Part shown: piece after piece, positions 7,234 to 16,266 of the stretch
How positions within the stretch are numbered: the stretch's first letter is position 1
How the letters are laid out: every line of letters starts with the position of its first letter
DNA from: a virus
Taxonomy: Duplodnaviria; Caudoviricetes
DNA length: 44,651 bases
Reading direction: 5' to 3' (one strand)
Virus record (IMG/VR): IMGVR_UViG_3300036786_000190
Span: 1 to 44,651 of that record
Notes under the pieces: generated by a model
Database searches by the model: none
What the model saw: only the letters and a program-made list of their open reading frames with translations
What the model was told of the DNA's origin: nothing
Translations under genes and position numbers: made by a program

Positions 7234-9507
7234 CTATTCATCGGGGTTCATGATCTTGTTGTGGCTGAGCACGCCGGCGGCGGCCTCGGCCGAGGCGAGC
7301 AGCTCGTAGGTGTGCGCGTCGTCGACCGTGATCGCATAGACGGTGGCATTGGCGATCGCGCGCGCCCCCGGCAGGCTCTTCGACATGCGCCAGCCAAGGT
7401 TGCGCCAGTTGAGATGGCTCTCCGACGTCTCGTATATCGCGCCGTCGACCTCGTAGGAGACGCATGGCTGGTCGGCGAGCGCCTGCACCGCCGAGACGCC
7501 ATACCAGCCCCATATCCCGGTCAGTTCGTGCCGCGCCCAGACGTCGTCGCCAATTGCGACCTGGTCGGCCGTGACGAGGCCGCGCGCCTTCGTGCGCAGA
7601 TACATGCCGGCGCACGGGCAGCCGGTACCGCCCCCGCCGCCAACGCCCGGGGACGGGCCGCCGCCCGCCGCCGGCAGGTCGACATAGCCGAGATAATGCC
7701 GGTACGGATTGTCGCTGCTGTTCGACGCCGGGCCGAGGGTCAGCGACGCCTGGTAGGTCGGCGCCGTGGCCGTCAGCGTCTCGTCGTCGAAATAGACGTA
7801 ATAGCGGGTGCCGAGGGTGAGCCCGGTGATCGTCCCGCCGGTCACCGCCGTCTCGGCGGCGAGCGTCGGATAGTCCCAGATATGGTCGGCGATCGTGATC
7901 ATACCGACGCCACTCACATCGGCGCCGGTCAGAACGTCCGTCGTCGCCAGGATATAGGCGGAGCGGATCGCGGTCGCGACGCTGGCGTCGAGTGCCAGCG
8001 ATCCGCCCGAGACGACCCCGTCCATGTCCTCGCCGGTGGTCAGCGCCGGCGAGGGCGGCGCGGTGCCGCTCCGGCCGAGCGCGAAGGCGTGCTTCGCGTT
8101 GGTCTCCGTCTCCAGCGTCAGGGTGACGATGCCGTGGAGCGGATCGAACGACTTGCCGATGATCGTGCAAAGCTGCGCGACCAGCCCGAATTCCAGGATG
8201 TCCACCGTCAGCGCCTCGCCCATGATGTAGCTCAGCAGCCGCGGCTTGAGCGCCAGGGTGATCGGCCCGAGCTCGCGGCCGTTGACGAGCTCGTAGGCGG
8301 CGAGCTGCGCGGCCTGGTCCTTCGACTGGCAGAGATCGTATTGCCGCTCCTCGCTCTTCTCCTCGCCGTCCTCGGTGACATAGGTGGAGACGCTGACCTC
8401 GTCCGACTGGACGTAATCCCAGTTGTTCGCCTCCGATTTGTATTTCGGGACGATGGCGTTGAGCCGGTTCTCCCAGGTCTTCATGCCCGCGATCGCGCAT
8501 TCGCCGTCGGCGAGGTCGTCGGCCGTGATCGTGTCGAGCGCCGTCTTCGGCGCGCTGTAGCGGACCGACAGCAATCCTCCCGAGAAGCAGGGCAATGCGG
8601 CGCCGGCGGCGCAGAGCCTCTTGAGATTGTCCCAGCGGCTGATCCCCGGCCCTTCGAAGAGGATGCCGCCCGCCTTCCAGCCATTGGCGTCGCAGATGTT
8701 CATGAAGGCGACCCAGGCCGGCCAGTCGAGCGCGTCGACGGGGAAGGCCGGCCCGAACACCTTGGTGCCGTTCTGGAATCGGCCGAGCGCATAGGTGACC
8801 GCCGCGCAGCCGGGATTTTCCGCCGTGGCGCCGCCGATATAGGTGCTTTCGACCAGCGCCCGGCACGATCCGGAGCCGCCGGCATAGGTGCTGTCCTGGC
8901 GGGGGTCATATGCCTTGGGCCCGCGCAGGATCACCCCCGGCTGCGGCAGGCCGGACGCATAGATCTTGCCCTTCTTGTCGAACTTGTTGCTCCAGATGCC
9001 CGCGCAGAGCCCGGACAGCTTGGAGGCGCTGCCCCAGTTCGGGATCGCGCCGAACGGTCCCGCCAGCGCCGCCGCCTCGGGGCAGGCGCCGAGCTGGGTC
9101 GCGAGGTGCATGAACCCGCCATAATAGCCGCTCGCCGAGCCGCCGCTGAACGAGACGGTGGCGAAATCGCACTGGAATGCCTCGATACCCTCGACCGGAC
9201 CGAGCGACCAGACGAGGCCGGTCGACGAATAGGGGTTCGGCACCCCGCTGACCGTCCCGCCATAGCCGACGTCGAAGAGCATCGAGCCGCCATTGTAGGT
9301 GCGGCCGACGGCGTAGGGTGTCGGCAGGTTGACGCCACTCGTCACGTTCTGGGTGCTGCCCTGGGCGGGCGGCTTCTTGGCGGTGACCGCCGCGGTGATC
9401 GACGCAGCGATCGCGACGGCCGTCAGGATCGCCTTGGAGATGGGCTCGGGATCGAACAAGGCGATGATCCCGGCGATCTCTCCCACCGCTTTCGCCACGC
9501 CGCTCAT
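7234..9507 (-). CDS. Central tail / tail-tip protein (lambda J-like) with C-terminal Hint domain
   Basis: ATG 9507 overlaps the upstream stop. G.KAYDPRQDST and ENP motifs of tail-tip proteins. Hint blocks at about aa 630-750 of 757. Confidence 0.85.
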   Translation of the reverse strand: MSGVAKAVGEIAGIIALFDPEPISKAILTAVAIAASITAAVTAKKPPAQGSTQNVTSGVNLPTPYAVGRTYNGGSMLFDVGYGGTVSGVPNPYSSTGLVWSLGPVEGIEAFQCDFATVSFSGGSASGYYGGFMHLATQLGACPEAAALAGPFGAIPNWGSASKLSGLCAGIWSNKFDKKGKIYASGLPQPGVILRGPKAYDPRQDSTYAGGSGSCRALVESTYIGGATAENPGCAAVTYALGRFQNGTKVFGPAFPVDALDWPAWVAFMNICDANGWKAGGILFEGPGISRWDNLKRLCAAGAALPCFSGGLLSVRYSAPKTALDTITADDLADGECAIAGMKTWENRLNAIVPKYKSEANNWDYVQSDEVSVSTYVTEDGEEKSEERQYDLCQSKDQAAQLAAYELVNGRELGPITLALKPRLLSYIMGEALTVDILEFGLVAQLCTIIGKSFDPLHGIVTLTLETETNAKHAFALGRSGTAPPSPALTTGEDMDGVVSGGSLALDASVATAIRSAYILATTDVLTGADVSGVGMITIADHIWDYPTLAAETAVTGGTITGLTLGTRYYVYFDDETLTATAPTYQASLTLGPASNSSDNPYRHYLGYVDLPAAGGGPSPGVGGGGGTGCPCAGMYLRTKARGLVTADQVAIGDDVWARHELTGIWGWYGVSAVQALADQPCVSYEVDGAIYETSESHLNWRNLGWRMSKSLPGARAIANATVYAITVDDAHTYELLASAEAAAGVLSHNKIMNPDE

Positions 9508-9917
9508 GCCCGGTACGCCGCCTTGATCTGCTTCGGCACGATGAACACCGGCTCCGCAAGGCCGTTGTCCGCATGCCATCCCCACACTTTATGGCCCACG
9601 CACAAGGTCACCGCCTCGAGCGCGCCGGCGGCCTCCATCAGCGCGACGTCGCCGGGCAGCATCGCCGCCGGCGCGATGCGCGGCAGCAGCGTGTCGAGCA
9701 GGCTTTCGAGCGTCTCGTGGCCGGTCCTGCGAAGGGCGCGGAGCGCGCCCTCCGGCGTCGCGTAGCGCGGCAGCGGCGCCAGGCCCTTATGGCCCATCGC
9801 CACCAGGTGCGCGCGCAGCATGCGCAGGCAGTCGACCTCGCGGAAGTCGAGCGCGCGGCCGCGATATCTGGCCTCGGTCTTCGCCAGGGCGGCCTGGCGG
9901 CGGAGGAGGTCGCTCAT
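9504..9917 (-). CDS. NlpC/P60-like (DUF6950-type) tail assembly protein
   Basis: DC motif (EVDCL...HL.AMG) and GDVA motif; typical position between hub and tail-tip genes. Confidence 0.75.
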   Translation of the reverse strand: MSDLLRRQAALAKTEARYRGRALDFREVDCLRMLRAHLVAMGHKGLAPLPRYATPEGALRALRRTGHETLESLLDTLLPRIAPAAMLPGDVALMEAAGALEAVTLCVGHKVWGWHADNGLAEPVFIVPKQIKAAYRA

Positions 9918-10555
9918 CCCGCAAAGCCCGCAATCTTGAAGCCTGGGTTGAGGCTATAGCCCGTCCCCCCGCCGATGGCGCTGCCCCCGACCGCGACGGT
10001 GCCCCGCGGTGGCGCCTGCACGCCCCAGGCTTTGGTCGTGGTCGCCCCGGTCATGGTGTCGAGCCCCGTCTCGCCCGGCCACACCTTCTTGTGGAAACGC
10101 GGGCTGAGGACGTTGCCGTCCTCGATGTTCATCAGCCGGTCGGCGGTCGTGATCAGGTCCATGTCGAGCAGGCGCGAGCCCTTGGCCACGCGCAGGGTCG
10201 TCATGTCGAGCCGCATGTCGGCGAGCTGCTCCGGCGTGCCGGTGACCGCGCCGGTCGCGCGGGCGACCTCGGCGAACCAGAAGCGGACGCGGCTGTTCTG
10301 GAAGATCGGCTGCGACAGGTCGATCGCGGCGGCGTCGCTGTGCGGGATGAAGGTCAGCCGCGCGCCCGGTGCCTGGTCGCTGATCGTCTCGTCCGGTACC
10401 GCCGCGCTCTGGATCGTCCCGAACACCGGATCCTCGGCGGCATAGGCGTCGCTGCCCCACGTCACCGCGCCGCCGTCGCAGAGCCGGATCGTCGCGGTCG
10501 GGAGCTCGAACTTCGCCAGCACCGTGACGGTGATCGCGTCGCCGGTGAACGCCAT
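9914..10555 (-). CDS. Minor tail protein (hub / gpL-like)
   Basis: Position after the Dit gene; IRLCDGG.VTWG...FGTI and H...WPGETG motifs. Confidence 0.7.
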   Translation of the reverse strand: MAFTGDAITVTVLAKFELPTATIRLCDGGAVTWGSDAYAAEDPVFGTIQSAAVPDETISDQAPGARLTFIPHSDAAAIDLSQPIFQNSRVRFWFAEVARATGAVTGTPEQLADMRLDMTTLRVAKGSRLLDMDLITTADRLMNIEDGNVLSPRFHKKVWPGETGLDTMTGATTTKAWGVQAPPRGTVAVGGSAIGGGTGYSLNPGFKIAGFAG

Positions 10556-10556
10556 C

Positions 10557-11150
10557 TCACTTCTGCTCGCTGATCGTGAAGGCGACGCCGGTGTACGGCT
10601 CGAGTTGGATGTCCCAGGAGAGGTTGCCGCTCGCCAGCAGACCCTCGATCATCGGCTTGGCGAGCTCCACCGTGTCGCCGTCCGACAGCGGCGTGCGCAG
10701 CATCTCGATCAAGGTTATGGCGGCGGTGCCGTCCGCCGCCACCACGACCGGCGCCGCCGCGCTGTGCAGGTAGCGGCGGCCGCCGTGGACGATCGACAGG
10801 AACTGGCCGAAGCGCACCGCATAGCCCGGCGTCGCGGCGCGGATCGGCAGCGACGTTCCGCCGGCGACCGCGCCCGCCACCACCGGCGCGCCCGGGGCGC
10901 CGATCTTCAGCCCGGGCTGCGGGAACGGATAGAGCGCGCCTTCGCTCTTCGCCTGGCGCAGCAGGGCGGTGACGATGCGGCCGTCGGGTTCCTCCGGCAG
11001 CGGCGGCACCGTCACGTCGATCGCGTAGCGGTTGCCGAGACGGTTGAGCCGCTGGACCGCGCCGCCGAGCGCCGGCGTCAGCTCGCCGCCATAATCGAGG
11101 AGATAGGGCTTCCCGGTGCGAAGCTTCGCATGGGTGATGAGGATCGACAC
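10557..11150 (-). CDS. Distal tail protein-like
   Basis: Immediately after the tape measure; GGAVQRLNRLGNRYAIDVT.PP motif. Confidence 0.7.
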   Translation of the reverse strand: MSILITHAKLRTGKPYLLDYGGELTPALGGAVQRLNRLGNRYAIDVTVPPLPEEPDGRIVTALLRQAKSEGALYPFPQPGLKIGAPGAPVVAGAVAGGTSLPIRAATPGYAVRFGQFLSIVHGGRRYLHSAAAPVVVAADGTAAITLIEMLRTPLSDGDTVELAKPMIEGLLASGNLSWDIQLEPYTGVAFTISEQK

Positions 11151-11152
11151 GC

Positions 11153-13885
11153 CTAGCGTCCCGCCGTGGGCAGGGACCGCCCGGCGCGGCGGCTGAGCGT
11201 CGTGATCGCGGCGCTCGCCCCCATCGTCGCCACCCCCGGCGCGGCGCGGGTCACGGCGACCTGGGCGCGGCCGTCGACATGCGCGTCGAAATAAGGCGAC
11301 GGCACGACATAGACGGTGGTCTGACCGCCGCCGCGCGAGGCGGCGCCGCGCAGGGCGCTGTTCGGGATGATCGTTCCCGGCACCCGCGGGATGAAGATCT
11401 CCGGGCCTTTCTCCCCGACCAGGCTCGGCATGCCGACCGGCGGATCGCCGCCGGCGGCGTAGGCGCTGAGGTCGGGCACGGATGCCAGATCGCCCAGGCC
11501 GCCGCCGCTGTCGCCGAGGCCCGCGCCGAGCGTGCCGAAGTCCGGCCCCTGAACCGACCCGCCGGCGCCGCCGGAACCGCCGAAGATCGACTTGAGCAAG
11601 CCGCCGAGCAGGCCGCCGCCGCCGGAACCGCCGGACGAGCCGTCGCCGCCGAACAGCTGGCGCGCCAGCGGCTTGATCAGCTCCTCCTGGAGGGCGATCC
11701 GGGCAAGATCGTCGATGATGCCGGTCGTCATCTTGCTGAAGGCGGTGGACAGAGATTCGGTGCCGTCGATGACGCCGGTCAGGCCGTCCTCGAGCCCTTT
11801 CAGCCCGTCGACCTCGGCCGCCTGAAACTGTTCCGACAGCGACTGGGCATCGAGGCTGCGCAGATATTGCTGGCCGGGGCCGGCATATTGCTGGTTGATC
11901 GCCTGAACGTCCGAGGCGTGCAGAGCGCCCAGCATGTCGAGCCGGGCCTTCGCGATCTTCTTCTGGGCGTCGGTTGCGCTGCTGCTGGCGAGGGTCGCCT
12001 CAAGCTCGAGCCGCTCCTGCTGCTGTGAAAGATCGAGCAGCCGAAGGGCGGACGCGCGCCGCTCGGCGTTCGTCTGCGCCAGCTGGCCGCGGGCGCGCTC
12101 CAGGTCGGCGGCATTCTTGAGAGTGCCTTCCTCGATCGAAAGCTCGTCCTGATTGAGCTTGTCGCGTTCGCGCGCCCGGATATTCGCCGTCTTCTGGTTC
12201 GAGACTTCCCAGTTTAGGGCGATCAGCTGATCGGCCTGGGCCTGGGTGATCTTCTTCTCGTGCAGCATGGCGAGCGCCGCGCTGTTGGCGCGATCGCGCT
12301 CCGTCTCGACCTGCCGCACCTGAAGATCGGCCTCCGCCTGGACCGACATGCCGAGCTCGTGCTGCGCGGCGAGGAGCTGCTCGTTCGCCCGGTCCTTCGC
12401 CTGCTCGAACTCGGCGTCGTCGCGGATCTGCTTCTGCTGCGCGGCTTCGGCCTGCTTGGTGAGCGTCTCCGACGATGGGCCGGCCTGACCGAAGGCGACG
12501 TGGTAATGGTTGCCCTCATCGAGCAGCTCGCGGATCGAGACGCCCTGCGCCGTGAACGCCTGGCGGAGCCGGCCGAGCGACATCCCCGGCGTCTTGGCGA
12601 CGTCGAGCGCCTGGCCGCGCTCATGATAGGAGGTGCCGGGCCTGGCCGCGAGCGGCCCGCGCCCTGCCTGATAGGCCGCGTAGAGCTGCGCCTGCTTTTC
12701 GGGCGAACGATAGGCGCTGGTGATGACACCGCCGATCCCCTTCACGATCGACTCGGCCTGGGCGAGCGTCACCTGCCGCCCCTGCTGGCGGTTGTCGGCG
12801 AGCTTCTTCTCGGCCTCGGCCATGTCGCGGGCCCGCTGGATCGCCGCCTCGCGGGTCTTGATCAGCCCCGCTTCCTGCTGGGCGAGCCAGTTCGTATCTT
12901 GATTGGTGACGGTTCTGCCCGACGCCCGCTTGCGGAAGTCCTGCTCGAGCGCGATCTGGGCACGCTCATAATCCTGACGGGCCCGCGTTTCGGCGCTGGT
13001 GAGGCCTTCGGCGAGCGTGGCCGCGAACTTGATCTCGGTTTCGGCATAGGAATGCTGGGCGCTGACGATCTCCGCGTTGACCGAGGCCAGCTCGGCGGTG
13101 AGCGCTGAGACGTTGCCCATGATGCCGCGCAGTCGGTCGGCGTCGGCGGGCGCGAGCGTCTTGTTCTTCAGAGCCGCCGCGATCGACTGCTCCGAGGAGC
13201 CGGTTTCGGGGACGGTGAAGGCGAAGCCCATCGTGCTGAGCTTGTTCGATTGTTCCTGAAGCCGCCCACGCTCGATCTGGATCGCCTGCTCGATCAGCGT
13301 CTGCGTCAGCGCGCGCTCGGCCTGCGCCCGCTGCATCGCCGCGCGCGCCGAGTCGATGTGGCGCTGGATGGTGACGAGCTCGTTGTCGTTCAGGTTCTTG
13401 GTGGCGTCGGCGGCCTCCTTGATCGTGTCGGCGAGGCTTTTCTCCTCATCCTTATGCGCCTTCGCGCCGTCGGCCGCCTTGTTGTGGTTCAGGAAGAGCG
13501 ACGCGAGCACGGAGGCGCCGAACGCGAGCGCGATGCCCCAGGGGCCACCGATGAACTTCGCGAAGGACCCAGCCTGGAGACCGAGCAGCTCCACCGATTC
13601 GATGACGCGCCCCATTTCCACGGCGATGATCCGCAGGGGCGGAATGCCGTCATTATAGGCGCTGGTCGACGCCTCCATGACGTGCATCAGCTCCATCTGC
13701 GAGATGCGCAAATTGTTGGAGCTGCGGCCGACGCGCTGATGGGACTGGTCGACGCTCGCGAGCGCCGTGTCCATCTTCTTGCCTTCCTGGTCGACGACGC
13801 GTGCGAGCTGCGTGAGATTGGCGCGGGCAAGCTCGACCGAGGCGTCGACCTGCAGGACGAGCCTCTGGACGTCGTCGGTGGCCAT
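11153..13885 (-). CDS. Tape measure protein with internal peptidase M15-like domain
   Basis: Long Ala/Gln-rich helical protein with GGAG RBS before ATG 13885. Internal TSAYRS...PGTSYHERGQALD...HYHV; C-terminal AAGG...VGEKGPE. Confidence 0.92.
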   Translation of the reverse strand: MATDDVQRLVLQVDASVELARANLTQLARVVDQEGKKMDTALASVDQSHQRVGRSSNNLRISQMELMHVMEASTSAYNDGIPPLRIIAVEMGRVIESVELLGLQAGSFAKFIGGPWGIALAFGASVLASLFLNHNKAADGAKAHKDEEKSLADTIKEAADATKNLNDNELVTIQRHIDSARAAMQRAQAERALTQTLIEQAIQIERGRLQEQSNKLSTMGFAFTVPETGSSEQSIAAALKNKTLAPADADRLRGIMGNVSALTAELASVNAEIVSAQHSYAETEIKFAATLAEGLTSAETRARQDYERAQIALEQDFRKRASGRTVTNQDTNWLAQQEAGLIKTREAAIQRARDMAEAEKKLADNRQQGRQVTLAQAESIVKGIGGVITSAYRSPEKQAQLYAAYQAGRGPLAARPGTSYHERGQALDVAKTPGMSLGRLRQAFTAQGVSIRELLDEGNHYHVAFGQAGPSSETLTKQAEAAQQKQIRDDAEFEQAKDRANEQLLAAQHELGMSVQAEADLQVRQVETERDRANSAALAMLHEKKITQAQADQLIALNWEVSNQKTANIRARERDKLNQDELSIEEGTLKNAADLERARGQLAQTNAERRASALRLLDLSQQQERLELEATLASSSATDAQKKIAKARLDMLGALHASDVQAINQQYAGPGQQYLRSLDAQSLSEQFQAAEVDGLKGLEDGLTGVIDGTESLSTAFSKMTTGIIDDLARIALQEELIKPLARQLFGGDGSSGGSGGGGLLGGLLKSIFGGSGGAGGSVQGPDFGTLGAGLGDSGGGLGDLASVPDLSAYAAGGDPPVGMPSLVGEKGPEIFIPRVPGTIIPNSALRGAASRGGGQTTVYVVPSPYFDAHVDGRAQVAVTRAAPGVATMGASAAITTLSRRAGRSLPTAGR

Positions 13886-13896
13886 TCTCACGCTCC

Positions 13897-13924
13897 AAAG
13901 GAAAAGGCGGCCCGAAATGCCGCC
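13897..13924 (-). terminator. Weak terminator-like hairpin upstream of the tape measure
   Basis: Minus strand GGCGGC-atttcgg-GCCGCC-TTTTCCTTT. Confidence 0.4.
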
Positions 13925-13939
13925 GGCAGTCGCCCAGGC

Positions 13940-14059
13940 TCAGGTCCCCGGCACCTCGTTCATCGTCTTCCACACCTCGAAGGCCGCGAAGAATTCATGC
14001 GGCGTCGCGGCCCGGAAATCGGCCGCTGTCCAGTGGAACGCGGCCGCCGCTATACCCAT
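13940..14059 (-). CDS. Tail assembly chaperone, second segment (gpT-like; probably reached by -1 frameshift)
   Basis: Not in the ORF track. MGIAAAAFHWTAADFRAATPHEFFAAF..., W...F..ATP.E chaperone motif; the frame is open back to the slippery site. Confidence 0.75.
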   Translation of the reverse strand: MGIAAAAFHWTAADFRAATPHEFFAAFEVWKTMNEVPGT

Positions 14060-14520
14060 CAGCCGGCGGCGGGGGTCTTTCCGGCAGTCCCCGTCGTCTC
14101 CGTCGCCGGCTTCCTTTCCCCCGCGGCGGTATACCCCCCGGTCAGGGCGCCGATCAGGACGATGCTCAGCCGTGCGCAGACGCGCGGCGCGCCGGCCTCG
14201 TAGATCAGCTCCGCCAGGCGACCGACGTCCGCATTGTTGTAGGTGCGGGCGTTCGCATCCTCGGGAGCGGCCTTGCCGTGGGCGCGCATCATCGCCGCAG
14301 CGATAACAGCCATCTCCTCGATCGTCAGCTTGCCGAGATTGGCCGCGCCGGCCAGATCGAACAGAGGCCGCAGCTGCCGCTCGATCGACTGGATCGCCTC
14401 CCAGCTCGGCCGCATCACATAATCCTCGCCGCCGAGCGGCAGCGTGATCTGGCCGGAGGTGTCGAGATCGTCGAGAGTCGGCGCTTCCGGCGGCTTGGGC
14501 GGCCCCTTACGGTCACCCAT
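14059..14520 (-). CDS. Tail assembly chaperone (gpG / GTA-gp10-like)
   Basis: G.ITL.LGG..Y.MRPSWEAIQSIE motif; located between tail tube and tape measure. Start may be 14520 or 14526. Confidence 0.82.
   Translation of the reverse strand: MGDRKGPPKPPEAPTLDDLDTSGQITLPLGGEDYVMRPSWEAIQSIERQLRPLFDLAGAANLGKLTIEEMAVIAAAMMRAHGKAAPEDANARTYNNADVGRLAELIYEAGAPRVCARLSIVLIGALTGGYTAAGERKPATETTGTAGKTPAAG
14116..14122 (-). other. Putative -1 programmed frameshift site G GGG GAA
   Basis: In-frame GCG GGG GAA AGG near the chaperone 3' end; the -1 frame has no stop until 13940. Confidence 0.62.
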
Positions 14521-14824
14521 TCGCATGATCCTTCGGCGCGGAGACCGAGGCAGGCGCGGCCGCGGGGCTCGAATAGAGCGCCAGCACGTCGCGGCGCACC
14601 TGCTCGATGCCCGCGCGGTCGATGGCGTCGGCGAGGGCGGGCACGTCCGGCGCATCCTTGCCGAGGAACGGCCGCGCCGCCTGGGCGACGGTGCTGGCCA
14701 GCGGCGCGCCGGCGAGCATTCCCGCCATCTCGCCGGCATTGCAGCCCGCCGAGGCGAGGAGCTGGCCGTCGAGATCGTCGGGCTTGCTGGTCGAAAAGGA
14801 CTTGTCGCCGATCTTGAGGGGCAT
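14513..14824 (-). CDS. Hypothetical protein in tail operon
   Basis: 103-aa ORF with RBS (AAGGAG) between tail tube and chaperone genes. Confidence 0.75.
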   Translation of the reverse strand: MPLKIGDKSFSTSKPDDLDGQLLASAGCNAGEMAGMLAGAPLASTVAQAARPFLGKDAPDVPALADAIDRAGIEQVRRDVLALYSSPAAAPASVSAPKDHANG

Positions 14825-14851
14825 TGTCTTTCTCCTTCGGAGTGAGGCGGA

Positions 14852-15292
14852 TCAGGCGAGCGTGTCGACTGTCGGCGCGGCCGCGGCGACGAACGAGGCC
14901 TTCACGCTGCCGGCCGCGTTCTGGTTGAAGTCGCTGCTGTCCAGATTGCCGTAGACCGAGCATTGGAAGACGACGTCGCCGGACGCTCCGGACGTGCCGT
15001 TCTTGCGGATCTGGATGTTGAAGGGCGCCGGCGGATTGGCGAGCGACAGCGTCTCGAGCCGGGTGTAGCCGGTCGCGTCGGGCAGCTTGGGCATGATCTC
15101 CAGGCTGACGCCGAGGTCGATCAGGCCGGGGCCGCTGGAGCCGTAGCGGCCATCGTCCTTGCTGGTCGTGTCGACCTTGCTGGAGCTGCGCGTGATCGAC
15201 AGATTGCCCTGGCCGAGCGGGTAATTGTAGGTGCCGGCGACCGCGCTCTCGATCCAGAGCAGATAATTGTTGCCGAGGATTTTCGTGGACAT
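14852..15292 (-). CDS. Major tail (tube) protein
   Basis: G....L.I...GQ..LSI.RS...VDTTSKD motif; follows the tail terminator gene. Confidence 0.85.
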   Translation of the reverse strand: MSTKILGNNYLLWIESAVAGTYNYPLGQGNLSITRSSSKVDTTSKDDGRYGSSGPGLIDLGVSLEIMPKLPDATGYTRLETLSLANPPAPFNIQIRKNGTSGASGDVVFQCSVYGNLDSSDFNQNAAGSVKASFVAAAAPTVDTLA

Positions 15293-15343
15293 CTCATTTC
15301 TCCTTCATCAGCCGCCTTCCGGGCGGACATCTCATGACGGCGT

Positions 15344-15751
15344 TCAGTCGTCGGCGAGGGCGAAGACGGTGAAGCGGCAATTGCCGACATAGGTCTGGCC
15401 GTCCTCCATCAGCTGGCCCTCGCTGCCCGCGAAGAGGAAGGTCAGCGACCATCCGTCGCGAACCTCGCGATGCTCGGCGAGCGAGCGCTTCACCTGCTCC
15501 TCGATGTCGAACAGCGGCTTGCGGGCATGACCCTGGATGACGCTGGCGACGGTCAGCGCCAGCTGGACGTCGCCGCCGCCATCCTTGCCGAGCAGACCGC
15601 CGGGATCCTCCGAGATGTCGGCGATGACGACGACCGGCGGCGGCGTGTCCTCCGGGACGTGCTGATAGACGGCGGCGAGCGCGGTCAGCGCGTCATTGCC
15701 GCTGAGCGCGGCGAAGGTGGCGGCCTCGACCGCGGAGGCGGCTTCAGGCAT
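15344..15751 (-). CDS. Tail terminator / completion protein (DUF3168)
   Basis: VYQHVPEDTPPPVVVI motif and position. Confidence 0.82.
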   Translation of the reverse strand: MPEAASAVEAATFAALSGNDALTALAAVYQHVPEDTPPPVVVIADISEDPGGLLGKDGGGDVQLALTVASVIQGHARKPLFDIEEQVKRSLAEHREVRDGWSLTFLFAGSEGQLMEDGQTYVGNCRFTVFALADD

Positions 15752-16262
15752 CGGCCGAGCCGGCGGCGGCGGCGGCGGTGGCGAGGGCCCGCGCGTAGAT
15801 CGCCTTCAGGTTCGCGGTGATGCGCTGGCGGAAGACGCGATAGCTGCCGGTGATGAAATGCTTTCCCGGCATCGCGCGCACGTTCATCGCATAGGTCGAG
15901 ACCGCGCCAACCTTGCGGCCGCCGCTGATCGAGACGGCGCCGAGCGCGCGCGCACCCCGCGCCGCGCGCGTGACGGTCACGACCTGCGCCTTGCGGCCGA
16001 GGTCTTGGATGCGGGCATAGAAGAGCTTCGCCCGCCCCTTCGGCGTGGAGATCAGGCCGACCAGGAGCCGCATCTGCCCCGGCTGAACGCGCCAGGAGAT
16101 GCCCGCCTGGGTGGCGCCGGTACGGAACGGCGCGCGGCCGCGCATGACGGTCGCGATCTCCGGACCGGCGCGGTTGAACTCGGCGACGATCCCCGCCTGC
16201 GTCGTATCCGGCAGCCGCCTGAGCAGGCTGCGGATGCGGGGGACGCCCTTGACGCGGGACAT
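15744..16262 (-). CDS. HK97 gp10-like neck/tail completion protein
   Basis: Basic protein with AP.RTG motif, FYARIQDLG and MPGKHFI. Confidence 0.8.
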   Translation of the reverse strand: MSRVKGVPRIRSLLRRLPDTTQAGIVAEFNRAGPEIATVMRGRAPFRTGATQAGISWRVQPGQMRLLVGLISTPKGRAKLFYARIQDLGRKAQVVTVTRAARGARALGAVSISGGRKVGAVSTYAMNVRAMPGKHFITGSYRVFRQRITANLKAIYARALATAAAAAGSADA

Positions 16263-16266
16263 CCGG

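Noticed and set aside
7234-7620. Canonical protein-splicing intein
   Set aside because: The residue after HN is Lys rather than Cys/Ser/Thr and only 7 residues follow, so it is treated as a BIL/Hint processing domain.
6742-9765. 1007-aa plus-strand ORF
   Set aside because: Antisense shadow of the tail genes; Arg/Gly-rich with no motifs, as expected from high-GC codon bias.
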